Virus record (IMG/VR): IMGVR_UViG_3300013121_000002
Location: 43,976 to 107,975 of that record
Origin: a virus
Lineage: Duplodnaviria; Heunggongvirae; Uroviricota; Caudoviricetes
DNA: 64,000 nucleotides
Direction: 5' to 3' (one strand)
The number at the start of each line of letters is the position of its first letter. Positions within the stretch are counted from its first letter, which is position 1. The position numbers and the translations under genes were made by a program. Shown here one piece after another: positions 9,200 through 16,911 of the stretch. The notes beneath the pieces are model-generated. The model ran no database searches, was not told where the DNA came from, and was given only the letters and a program-made list of their open reading frames with translations.

Positions 9200-9740
9200 T
9201 CCCGTTCATCGTCGGCGGCGTCACACCAATGATGCGCTCGAACTCGCTGGGATCGGCGTTGTACGTCATCGGCGACGGTGGCGCATTCCCCGACACGCCG
9301 CCCAGCAACCGCTCAAGCTGCTCGCGCTGCTCAGGCGTGAAGCGGGTCAGCATTTCGTCGGTGAACTGGAACACCTTCACGGGCGGTGGCTGAGCCTGCA
9401 CACGGACTTCCAGCGGCAGCAGCTTGCCCATCAGGCTAAGGAACTGCTTCGGATACCGCTTGCACATTTCCCGCAGCCATCCCTCCAGACCGTCCTTGCC
9501 CTTCCCATCGCTGCCGTTGAGTTCCGCCGCAGCCTTGATGAGTTCGGACAGTACCCGCACATCCTTGCCGCGGGCACCGACCGGGCGTCCGCTACCGAGC
9601 GGTCCCTTGCGTGGTAGCGGAGCCATTGCATTGGCAGCCCGATGCAGCGCCGAGGACAGTTTGGGTGATACGCGCTTGCCGCCTTTTCTTTTAGGGGCCG
9701 CATCGGTGGATTCGGGTGACAGACGCTTACGCTCGACCAT
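9183..9740 (-). CDS. Hypothetical basic protein (N-terminus MVERKRLSPE). Terminase small subunit is a candidate by position only.
   Basis: 185 aa. Lys/Arg-rich N-terminus. Shares the N-terminal heptapeptide MVERKRL with two other genes in the window. Confidence 0.35.
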   Translation of the reverse strand: MVERKRLSPESTDAAPKRKGGKRVSPKLSSALHRAANAMAPLPRKGPLGSGRPVGARGKDVRVLSELIKAAAELNGSDGKGKDGLEGWLREMCKRYPKQFLSLMGKLLPLEVRVQAQPPPVKVFQFTDEMLTRFTPEQREQLERLLGGVSGNAPPSPMTYNADPSEFERIIGVTPPTMNGNGVSH

Positions 9741-9761
9741 TTGCTTAGCATTCCGATTTCG

Positions 9762-10328
9762 TTAGTTCAGTTGCGTCGTCGCGGGCTCTGGCGGCGGCTC
9801 GATGTCGGCTCCGGGAATATCGTCATAATCCTCCAGCCAGACGACGCGATCAGCCTCGGCGATGAACGAGATCATGGTGTCAAGGGTCTGGCGGGCTGCA
9901 TGACCGCGAACCGGCTGGGTGGCCCTGTCCGCATCCTCGTCCTCCAGCCACTCGAACTGGGATTCGGGATCGACCGGCTTGATGTCCTCGGGCGCGCTGA
10001 CCTCCTCGTAGTCCGGGTCGCCATAGACCACGGCGAGGCTGACGAGCAGTTTGATGAGTTCGTCGGTGTTGTTGCGGACGTTCCACAGGCCGACCGCGGC
10101 TTCCTCGCTCAGCATGATCGGGCCGGTGACGCCACAGGCTTCACAGGCCACGGCGTAATTCTGGCTGACCAACTTCACCTTGGCGGCGCTGTGATCGCAA
10201 AACGGACAGGGACGCAGTTCGCTGTCAACCATCGTCATCCTCGCTCCGCACGCGCGTGAGGGTTCGGTTGCTGTGAATGAGGAGAAGCCCGCGGTCGTCC
10301 TCGACGACGTAGCGAGCCTGTCCGTCAC
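9762..10328 (-). CDS. Lar-family restriction alleviation-like protein (likely true start ~10238) fused to an acidic C-terminal tail
   Basis: MTMVDSELRPCPFCDHSAAKVKLVSQNYAVACEACGVTGPIMLSEEAAVGLWN matches the Lar zinc-ribbon pattern CPFCG...C..C..GP....EA...WN. Confidence 0.6.
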   Translation of the reverse strand: MTDRLATSSRTTAGFSSFTATEPSRACGARMTMVDSELRPCPFCDHSAAKVKLVSQNYAVACEACGVTGPIMLSEEAAVGLWNVRNNTDELIKLLVSLAVVYGDPDYEEVSAPEDIKPVDPESQFEWLEDEDADRATQPVRGHAARQTLDTMISFIAEADRVVWLEDYDDIPGADIEPPPEPATTQLN

Positions 10329-10653
10329 GCTTGTTGAAGGCGGCGACCACTACGCCCCGGAAGGTGTAGTCGCCCCCGGTCTTTTCAACAACGTCACCGG
10401 GAGAGAAAACCACCTCGGGGAGATCAGGCAGCTTCTTCTTCGGCCACGCCAGCATGTCGGCAGCGTGCTGGCGGGACAGGGCTACGATATTCGGATCGCC
10501 CCCGGCGCGCTCGACGAGGTCGGCATAGTTGAGCACCGCCGCAGCGGCGAACTGGTCCTGCCCGCGGAGCAGGAACACCGGCTCATCGTCCGGGATCAGG
10601 CGGGCATTATCCTCGATTCGGCCGTTGTAGTCAGCGCGGGCGTGACGCATCAC
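10225..10653 (-). CDS. Hypothetical protein
   Basis: 142-aa ORF with diverse composition. Confidence 0.4.
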   Translation of the reverse strand: MMRHARADYNGRIEDNARLIPDDEPVFLLRGQDQFAAAAVLNYADLVERAGGDPNIVALSRQHAADMLAWPKKKLPDLPEVVFSPGDVVEKTGGDYTFRGVVVAAFNKRDGQARYVVEDDRGLLLIHSNRTLTRVRSEDDDG

Positions 10654-10754
10654 CTTCCTCCGTAACCGTTGGATTTGCTCATTTTTCCACTGAGCCGATG
10701 GTTCGCTACCGGCAAAGAATTGGCCGCATTCGCCCTGAAAAACAAGGGCTTTGC

Positions 10755-11396
10755 TTAAACGAACAGGCCCTTGGGCGGTCGCCGGATCGGCGCGGACGGG
10801 ATGCGCCGGGTAATCGGATTGCCCTCGGCGTCGAACAGTTCCGCCTGATCGCCGAGGCTGATCCAGCCCGGAGCACCGCTGCGGGCGAACAGTTCGAGGT
10901 AGGGTCCGGGGACCAGTTCGACGATCCTGTCGCGCACCTCATCCGGCTTGCGGGAGTGCTCGCGCAGCGGCGAGACGATGAGGCGGCGGACGCTGGCGCT
11001 CTGACGCTCCGGGGAACCGCGCGTGGCGAGCAGGCAGAGTTCCGGGTTGGCTCTGGTCCAGTAGCCCATGCCGACGAAAAAGTCCGCGAGGTCGCGCGGC
11101 TTCTTGTTCAGCTTCACCCAATGGAACGCAATCGTCTTGTAAACGAAACCCCACGATGCGATCAGGTCGAACGCCTGCGGCAGGTGGGTATCCGGCACCC
11201 ACAGGAACAACACGCTGTCATCGAGCGCCATGTCGCCGACCGGGAGCGCCTTGATGTCGGCAAAGCTCATCGTGTCGTAGTGCGCCTGCGGGGCGCGGCC
11301 TTCACCGTCCTCGCTGTACGTCTCGAAATGCCACGGAGGATCGACCAACAGCGCCCCGGCTTTGACGCGGCGGCGTGCTAACGAAATGACGTTCAC
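10755..11396 (-). CDS. MT-A70-family N6-adenine DNA methyltransferase
   Basis: DPPW catalytic motif (LLVDPPWHF). LFLWV motif. REHSRKPDE motif, typical of phage Dam/MT-A70 methylases. Confidence 0.8.
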   Translation of the reverse strand: MNVISLARRRVKAGALLVDPPWHFETYSEDGEGRAPQAHYDTMSFADIKALPVGDMALDDSVLFLWVPDTHLPQAFDLIASWGFVYKTIAFHWVKLNKKPRDLADFFVGMGYWTRANPELCLLATRGSPERQSASVRRLIVSPLREHSRKPDEVRDRIVELVPGPYLELFARSGAPGWISLGDQAELFDAEGNPITRRIPSAPIRRPPKGLFV

Positions 11397-11608
11397 GGAA
11401 AGGCCGACACCAGCACCGGGACAACCCGATAGAACTGGGGATCGTCGCCGGTCGTGCCGACGAAGATGTCGATTGCGGCCTGCGCCATTTCGATGGTCGG
11501 GAACAGGCGGGGCACGCCTTCCATGCTCATCAGCAGACCGGGCTGAATACGCGGCTTGTCTGGTCGCGGGCGACTATCCCACACACCGAATAGCTTACCG
11601 CGACCCAT
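11393..11608 (-). CDS. Hypothetical small protein
   Basis: 71-aa ORF overlapping the start of the methylase gene by 4 nt. Confidence 0.3.
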   Translation of the reverse strand: MGRGKLFGVWDSRPRPDKPRIQPGLLMSMEGVPRLFPTIEMAQAAIDIFVGTTGDDPQFYRVVPVLVSAFP

Positions 11609-11670
11609 GCTGCTGTTACCTTATGTAAGTAAAACGCTGTACACACATGCAAAAGGTGACAAACCGGGTG

Positions 11671-11713
11671 CTAAATCAAATGAGGCCGGGGCATCTTCCC
11701 AAATGCCCCGGCC
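11671..11713 (-). terminator. Rho-independent terminator candidate (minus strand)
   Basis: Perfect 11-bp stem GGCCGGGGCAT/ATGCCCCGGCC with an 8-nt loop. On the minus strand it is followed by CUCAUUUGAUUUAG. Confidence 0.4.
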
Positions 11714-11788
11714 CCATTCTCCTCACCCTACCACCTAACTACCCCCCGCAGAAGAAAAGGGGCAGCACGCGAACCAAACCACAAACCC

Positions 11789-11816
11789 TTGACGAATGCA
11801 ACAGGCCGGGTAAGTT
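11789..11816 (+). promoter_or_regulatory. Sigma70-like promoter candidate
   Basis: TTGACG-N16-TAAGTT in an ORF-poor, lower-GC stretch. Confidence 0.25.
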
Positions 11817-11819
11817 GAC

Positions 11820-12031
11820 CTTCTTGTATCCACCCGACTGTCGAGCCGAGCGCGTTCGGTGACTGCACGCCCTTCGGGGCAGGCTTGAAGCGACAGCTAA
11901 GGATGACCGGACAACCTCGGGATAGGCCGGTTGCAGAGTTGATCCCTAAGACGCCGCCCATCAGCCCGTGGGACAGATCAGCAGGGCTAGGAAGGGGACC
12001 GCAGGACGCTGCGGTCCCCTTTCCGTTTTCA
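11820..12031 (+). ncRNA. Candidate small structured RNA (about 200 nt), promoter to terminator
   Basis: No credible ORF. Contains a GCCC-UUCG-GGGC tetraloop hairpin. Ends in the hairpin GGGGACCGCAGGACGCUGCGGUCCCC followed by UUUCCGUUUUC. Confidence 0.25.
11995..12031 (+). terminator. Rho-independent terminator (plus strand)
   Basis: 10-bp GC-rich stem, GACG loop, then TTTCCGTTTTC. Confidence 0.45.
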
Positions 12032-12232
12032 GGCCGCCGCCACGTTGTGGTGTTCGAGGCAGTCGATGGTGACACACCGCCCCTCGTGATCCACCTGAAT
12101 GAAACCACAGCCCTCGCAGATCACGGTCGCAAACAGCCCAGCCTTGGTGTCGGCCTCGGTGCTGATACCGGCCAGATCGTGGTAGTCCTCCCCGAAGGAA
12201 TCCACCGAGCACTGCTTGCAGAAGTCGGCCAC
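12029..12232 (-). CDS. Small Cys-rich zinc-ribbon protein
   Basis: 67 aa with CKQC...CEGCG...C..C. Confidence 0.45.
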   Translation of the reverse strand: MADFCKQCSVDSFGEDYHDLAGISTEADTKAGLFATVICEGCGFIQVDHEGRCVTIDCLEHHNVAAA

Positions 12233-12235
12233 GGC

Positions 12236-12514
12236 TCAGGCCCCCCGGTCGAACACATGCCAAACGAATGGCTGTGCAATCACCGAACCGACGTACACCC
12301 CATCCCCCGGCACTGGGTGTCCCGTACCCCTGATCGCGAAGCGATGAAGCACGCGGGGTGATTCGCTGTCCACCAACGCCCACAAAAGGATTTCAAGGTG
12401 GCCAGAAGGAGCCACAAAAAGCGGCGCAGCCCCTTCCGGCATTTCGATCTGCTGCTCATCAGTGACGATGAGCTTAAACTTCCAGATCGTTTTCATTTCG
12501 ACCCTCCTTCGCAA
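12236..12514 (-). CDS. Hypothetical protein
   Basis: 92-aa ORF. Plausible start at MKTIWKFKLIVTDEQQIEMPEG. Confidence 0.45.
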   Translation of the reverse strand: MRRRVEMKTIWKFKLIVTDEQQIEMPEGAAPLFVAPSGHLEILLWALVDSESPRVLHRFAIRGTGHPVPGDGVYVGSVIAQPFVWHVFDRGA

Positions 12515-12613
12515 ATGTAGTGGTTCCGGTGGAGTAGCGCCAATGTGTGAGTAGAACGATCAGTACGCGCTGCACAACGGGGTAGTGCTACCCCGTTGTG
12601 TCAGCCACGAGAC

Positions 12614-13333
12614 TCACTCCTGCGCGAGCCGGGCCTTGTCGTCGTCGCTGTATTCCATCGCCGACCCAACGAGCCCGTAGGCACCGCGCAGACCCGCCGT
12701 AACCTCCATCGTCGCCCTCATGTTGCGTACCGAGGAGCGCACCGTCTGCCTCGCGTCGTTGCCAAGCGAAGCTGCCTGCTCGGCGTTGTCGAAGCTCGCG
12801 CCGAGGAAGATCACCTGCCAGCCCTTGGCCCGGCACGCATCGAGCAGCGCCTTCGCACCATCGCGCGTGAGTTCGGTGCTGGCGTTCTCCTGACCGTCCG
12901 TGACGATGATGATCGCCACCTTGTCGTACTGGACGCCGCCGATGCCCTCATTGGCGAGGTTGACGATCCTGCCGACCGCATCGTTGAGCGGGGTCCAGCC
13001 GCGCGGGATCGCGTCCTCGTTCGACACCGGCCGCCACGTCGGCGGCGTGATCCGGTCGCGGATCACCTCGAACTTGAACTCGCCCGCTGGCTTGTCGAAC
13101 GTCGCGAGCGTCACCCCGGTGTCCACCTTGTCGGCCGCGAGCTTCGCGACGTAGGCGTTGATCGCCGCCAGCGATTCGGTCCACTTGCCCTGCTCGCTCA
13201 TCGACTGCGAGCGGTCGAGAAGAATGAAATCATGTTGCATCTGGTTTCTCCGTTGGTGCGGCCAGCCGAACCGGCCAGCCCAGCTTTTCCGATGTGGCAT
13301 TGAACTTGGCAGCCACCGCAGCGTCGAGATCAA
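12614..13333 (-). CDS. von Willebrand factor A (vWA) domain protein (likely start ~13240)
   Basis: MIDAS-like motif DRSQSMS, TPLNDAV, IIIVTDGQEN. Confidence 0.7.
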   Translation of the reverse strand: MISTLRWLPSSMPHRKSWAGRFGWPHQRRNQMQHDFILLDRSQSMSEQGKWTESLAAINAYVAKLAADKVDTGVTLATFDKPAGEFKFEVIRDRITPPTWRPVSNEDAIPRGWTPLNDAVGRIVNLANEGIGGVQYDKVAIIIVTDGQENASTELTRDGAKALLDACRAKGWQVIFLGASFDNAEQAASLGNDARQTVRSSVRNMRATMEVTAGLRGAYGLVGSAMEYSDDDKARLAQE

Positions 13334-13673
13334 TGCCCTCCGACAGTGCGATCAGGTCAGCGCATATCACCACGTCGGCCAGTTCCTCGGCAAGCTGCTC
13401 CTTGGTAGCGCGGGAGCCGCGCAGGCCAAGCCGTTCGCGGTCGAGCTTCTTGATGATGTTGCACGCCTCGCCGGTTTCGCCAGCGAGTTCGTTGCCACGA
13501 TAGGACAGCGAGATCACGTTGCCCGCGTCCCACAAGCGCTGCCGATGCTCATTCGCCGAACGCAGCGACGAATGATAGGTGACGCCGGGTTCCGGCCACA
13601 TATTCGCGGGCATCGTCCGCCCGCTGGGGTCTGACTTGTCCATCGTCACCCCCGCCTGCCGAGCAGGTTCCAC
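13230..13673 (-). CDS. MazG-like nucleoside triphosphate pyrophosphohydrolase
   Basis: LSYRGNELAGETGEACNIIKKLDR...LAEELADVVICADLIAL is characteristic of the MazG/NTP-PPase all-alpha fold. Confidence 0.65.
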   Translation of the reverse strand: MEPARQAGVTMDKSDPSGRTMPANMWPEPGVTYHSSLRSANEHRQRLWDAGNVISLSYRGNELAGETGEACNIIKKLDRERLGLRGSRATKEQLAEELADVVICADLIALSEGIDLDAAVAAKFNATSEKLGWPVRLAAPTEKPDAT

Positions 13674-14035
13674 TCCGCTGCCTGCGCGAGCCGGTTGAGG
13701 TCCACAAGCGCCTGTTCGAGGAGGCCGAAGATTGCATCGGCTGGGGGTATCGCATCCTTGTTGAACGCATCGCGAAGCGCATCAATATGCTTGGCGATTG
13801 TCACCTGCTCATCGGCGTGGCGCGCAGCCAGCACTTCTTCGGGGCTATTGCTCATTTCGTTTCCTTGGTTTCGAGATACACCGGCTGAATGCCAGCCGCC
13901 GCACAGGCTTCGGTATAGCCCTCTCGCGTATTCGGGTAGGTCTGCCCTGCCACAACGAAAACGGAACCAGTCCCATCGCACCGCGAGCAGGTGTCCATGC
14001 CGCGATAACCGGAACCGAAATCGCAATGCCAGCAC
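13646..14035 (-). CDS. Hypothetical protein (probable start ~13855, MSNSPEEVLAARH...)
   Basis: The N-terminal part of the track ORF is Arg/Trp-rich and looks spurious. The C-terminal 69 aa are protein-like, with a GAAACGAAATGA junction to the upstream gene. Confidence 0.4.
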   Translation of the reverse strand: MLALRFRFRLSRHGHLLAVRWDWFRFRCGRADLPEYARGLYRSLCGGWHSAGVSRNQGNEMSNSPEEVLAARHADEQVTIAKHIDALRDAFNKDAIPPADAIFGLLEQALVDLNRLAQAAEWNLLGRRG

Positions 14036-14067
14036 TTGACGGCAGTCAGGTCAGGCGCAGCACTCAT
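13852..14067 (-). CDS. Small zinc-finger protein (CxxCxGxG, DnaJ-type)
   Basis: CWHCDFGSGY...CSRCDGTGS. Ends KETK with a TGA/ATG overlap to the next gene. Confidence 0.5.
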   Translation of the reverse strand: MSAAPDLTAVKCWHCDFGSGYRGMDTCSRCDGTGSVFVVAGQTYPNTREGYTEACAAAGIQPVYLETKETK

Positions 14068-14230
14068 TTCGTTTCCTTCGGTGGGATCGGCTGCGACAGC
14101 AGGACTTTCAGATGATGCGGGACGTAAACGATAACACCCTCAGGCTTCTCCCACGCCACCCAATCATCCCAATCGAGGTCCGGGCGGCGCAGCCAGCCAA
14201 ATGACTCAGGCGAGCCGCTTCGGTACTCCA

Positions 14231-14470
14231 TCACATCTCGTAGATGGCGATCATCGTGTTGTGCGGATTGGCCTCCTTGAGCGCCTGCACCAGCATGAGA
14301 TGGAACTTCGCCATCGGGATCGACAGGTCCGCAAACGCATTCACCGGCAGCTTGCAGCCGGTGTGCCCGAGGAGTTGACCCGCGTATGGATATGCCAGCG
14401 CGAGCGGCACCCCAAAGTGCTTCGCAATCGACATCACCGGATAGCTCTTGCTCGGTACGAACCCATCCAT
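14231..14470 (-). CDS. Hypothetical protein
   Basis: 79-aa ORF with unbiased composition. The overlapping 168-aa ORF 14064..14570 in another frame is Arg/Gly-rich. Its C-terminal 55 aa (14064..~14228) may be a separate small gene. Confidence 0.35.
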   Translation of the reverse strand: MDGFVPSKSYPVMSIAKHFGVPLALAYPYAGQLLGHTGCKLPVNAFADLSIPMAKFHLMLVQALKEANPHNTMIAIYEM

Positions 14471-14475
14471 TTCGT

Positions 14476-14733
14476 TTACTTCCCCCTCGGTTCAGCAGAA
14501 ACCACCCACACCGGGATAAGCTCGAATGTGCCTGCCTCGTCAGGCTTACCCATGAAGCGTTCCCGATCACGAAGATAACGTGCCAGCGTTAGCTCGGCGA
14601 TGGTGCGATCAGAAAACAGCCGAGGGATCGCTTCCATCGTCTGGAGCAATCCCGGAACGGAAGCACCATTGGGACCAACCGGATGCTGGCGCGTATCGAG
14701 CACGCCGAGGAGCTTGATGGGTTTGATTATCAT
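14476..14733 (-). CDS. Hypothetical protein
   Basis: 85-aa ORF. Confidence 0.4.
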   Translation of the reverse strand: MIIKPIKLLGVLDTRQHPVGPNGASVPGLLQTMEAIPRLFSDRTIAELTLARYLRDRERFMGKPDEAGTFELIPVWVVSAEPRGK

Positions 14734-14969
14734 CCCTCGACTGGCGTCCCATCCGGGTTGAAGAACAGGCCCACTTCCTCGCCGGGCACCGGCTTCTCAA
14801 GCGGCAGCAGGCGCTCGGGCTCGTCGAGGTGTTTGCCTGCCTCGATCTCGTCGGCGATCTCGTGCGCCGTGGCGCTCTCGCGCGTGCGGCGGCGCATGTA
14901 GTTGGCCGCCTGCTTCCAGTCCGCCCGCAGGGACTTCGCGACCTCGCGGAACACCGGCTTGCTCATCAA
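14730..14969 (-). CDS. Hypothetical protein
   Basis: 79-aa ORF, acidic. Confidence 0.4.
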   Translation of the reverse strand: MMSKPVFREVAKSLRADWKQAANYMRRRTRESATAHEIADEIEAGKHLDEPERLLPLEKPVPGEEVGLFFNPDGTPVEG

Positions 14970-15535
14970 TCAGCATCCTCGATCAGCACGGGCAGCTTCG
15001 CCAGCAGCAGATCGTCGAACGTGACGAGGTTCATCCCCAACTGCGGCTGCGATAAGCATACCTTGGAGCGCAGATTGAGTAAGTTCGTGCCCGCTGCGTT
15101 CAGTACCACCAACGTCGGCAGCCGGTTCTGGCGCGCGATCAGCATGGGCAGCTTCTTGTAATCGTTAGCTTCGCTGCGCGCCACACCCCACACCCGCGCC
15201 AACATCCCGGTATCCCGAAACAACCCGGCGAGATCGAGCGTCTTGAGGTGCTTGCACTCGACATAGAAGCGATCCGTAAGGCGGTGGCCCTCGGGCGCGA
15301 CCGCCGAGATGTCACCCGCCTGCCGACTGAGGTTGACGCCCTTGCGCTTCGCCAGCGTAGCCCGGCCGCCGCTCATCGCCGACCGCCACAGACAATCCTC
15401 CTTCTCGCCTCCAGTGATCCACAGGGACAGGCGCTTGCACACCTCGCGCTCGAACGCGGAGCCCTTCTGCTTCCCACCACCGGACTTCACTAACCATCCT
15501 CGCGAATGAATGCTGCGAATATGATAATAGGCCAA
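14966..15535 (-). CDS. Holliday-junction resolvase, Hjc-like PD-(D/E)xK nuclease
   Basis: KGSAFEREVCKRLSLW resembles archaeal Hjc KGSAVERNIVSRL. A downstream ...ECKHLK segment is the counterpart of the Hjc E-x-K catalytic motif. Confidence 0.55.
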   Translation of the reverse strand: MAYYHIRSIHSRGWLVKSGGGKQKGSAFEREVCKRLSLWITGGEKEDCLWRSAMSGGRATLAKRKGVNLSRQAGDISAVAPEGHRLTDRFYVECKHLKTLDLAGLFRDTGMLARVWGVARSEANDYKKLPMLIARQNRLPTLVVLNAAGTNLLNLRSKVCLSQPQLGMNLVTFDDLLLAKLPVLIEDAD

Positions 15536-15762
15536 ATCAACGTCACGAGCACCAATCCAAACAGGAAGTCCCCAACTCCCAAAAATGGCGGACGCTTCAG
15601 ATCGCGCCTGCTAACAGGCAGGATGTTCTGCCCCCACGGGCGCAACATCGCGGCCCAAAAGCCTATGAAGGTGCCCAAGCCTGCCGCGACATACGCCTTG
15701 ATGAGGTCACCCACATCAGCCCCGTCTGTCGAACTTATGGTAGATGCGGTCGAGCGTCGCAA
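15490..15762 (-). CDS. Small membrane protein
   Basis: Two hydrophobic segments (FLFGLVLVTLIWPIIIFAAFI). Confidence 0.4.
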   Translation of the reverse strand: MRRSTASTISSTDGADVGDLIKAYVAAGLGTFIGFWAAMLRPWGQNILPVSRRDLKRPPFLGVGDFLFGLVLVTLIWPIIIFAAFIREDG

Positions 15763-15804
15763 GAAACGATTTGATCCAAGCGATTTCCTGCTTCTCTACG
15801 TCGG

Positions 15805-16395
15805 TCACGATGCCTTACTCCGCGCCATGAAGCTCTCCTGCATCTTGTTCAGCAATTGCTTCATAACACTACGCAACAGATTTTGAATATCCAAACTGCT
15901 CGGACCAACGGCGGCGAGCGCCTGATCGCTAATGAGGTAGGCCAACTCGGGCAGCTTATCCCGGCCGCCACCGGACGTGACCTCCCACATGCGAATCATC
16001 TTGGCGACATTGTCCGGGCGATCCTCGACTGCCGCCACCAACACGTTCAGTTCGACCGCAAGCGCATCGAAGCTGACCGTATGATCCACAACCGCGTCAG
16101 GCTCTGCCCAACGCAACGGGCGCTGGATCGGCCAGCGCAAGGGCTTGCCCCTCTGACCACTGATCGCCCTGACCGCCCGCTGTGCTGCCGTCACCGTCAG
16201 TGCCGTCTCGTTACCGAGCGCGCGGCGCAGTCGCTCCTCAAGCTCGAATAGCAGCCCCTCGGCCTCCTGAGCCCGCCGACTGGCATCATTCGCCAGCGCG
16301 GTCATCTCCGCCAACTGCCGCTCCTTCTCCGCCAACTGGCTCTCAGCCTGCCGCAGCTTGCGACGCGCGGTAAACAGCATCAGGCGGAGGTTCAT
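15805..16395 (-). CDS. Hypothetical coiled-coil protein
   Basis: 196 aa. The N-terminal QAESQLAEKERQLAEM segment is heptad-like. Confidence 0.45.
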   Translation of the reverse strand: MNLRLMLFTARRKLRQAESQLAEKERQLAEMTALANDASRRAQEAEGLLFELEERLRRALGNETALTVTAAQRAVRAISGQRGKPLRWPIQRPLRWAEPDAVVDHTVSFDALAVELNVLVAAVEDRPDNVAKMIRMWEVTSGGGRDKLPELAYLISDQALAAVGPSSLDIQNLLRSVMKQLLNKMQESFMARSKAS

Positions 16396-16401
16396 GGCTA
16401 G

Positions 16402-16911
16402 TTAGCTCCCGACCGGCCGCGCCCAATTCTGGCCTAGCTGTATTTTAGAGATCATAGCCTGCGTCACACCAAACCGCTCTGCCAACTCGCGCTGGAAAAC
16501 CTTACCACGCAGCAAACGAATTTGACAAACATCAGTCTCGGTTAGCTTAGCGTTACCGTTTAGCTCACCTCGCCCAAGAGTTCCATGCAGGCCCCGATCA
16601 GCATGGTTTTCTTTTGAGGTTGCCCAACGCAGATGCCACGGATTCACACAACCAGCAGCACCACGTCCACAGCTATGAGCCGCCTGATGCTTCGGCATCG
16701 GTGGTTCGCCATGAACCGAAATGCAAACGAGACGATGAACGTACTTCATCATCCCAGCGACCTTCAATACCCCGTAACCCTTCACACGCGCAAACGGCCA
16801 GATCAGGCAGTCATCCCCCTGATAAGGAAGCACCACCGTTTGGAAGTAATGATTACGCGCCGACTTCCTAGCCACCTTCAACCTATTCGTATTTAGGACG
16901 CGGTGGAGCAA
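16402..16911 (-). CDS. HNH homing-type endonuclease with a C-terminal HTH
   Basis: CLIW...GYG...HRLVC...AAHSCGRGAAGCVNPWHLRWATSKENHADR. HTH GNAKLTETDVCQIRLLRG...FGVTQAMISKI. Confidence 0.85.
   Translation of the reverse strand: MLHRVLNTNRLKVARKSARNHYFQTVVLPYQGDDCLIWPFARVKGYGVLKVAGMMKYVHRLVCISVHGEPPMPKHQAAHSCGRGAAGCVNPWHLRWATSKENHADRGLHGTLGRGELNGNAKLTETDVCQIRLLRGKVFQRELAERFGVTQAMISKIQLGQNWARPVGS

Noticed and set aside
9183-9740. Confident terminase small subunit call
   Set aside because: It is separated from terL by several small genes and has no diagnostic motif. Left as hypothetical with TerS only as a positional guess.
11728-12108. 126-aa minus-strand ORF across the lower-GC intergenic segment
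   Set aside because: Gly/Ser/Thr/Trp-biased composition. It spans two terminator hairpins and a promoter-like site. More likely non-coding.
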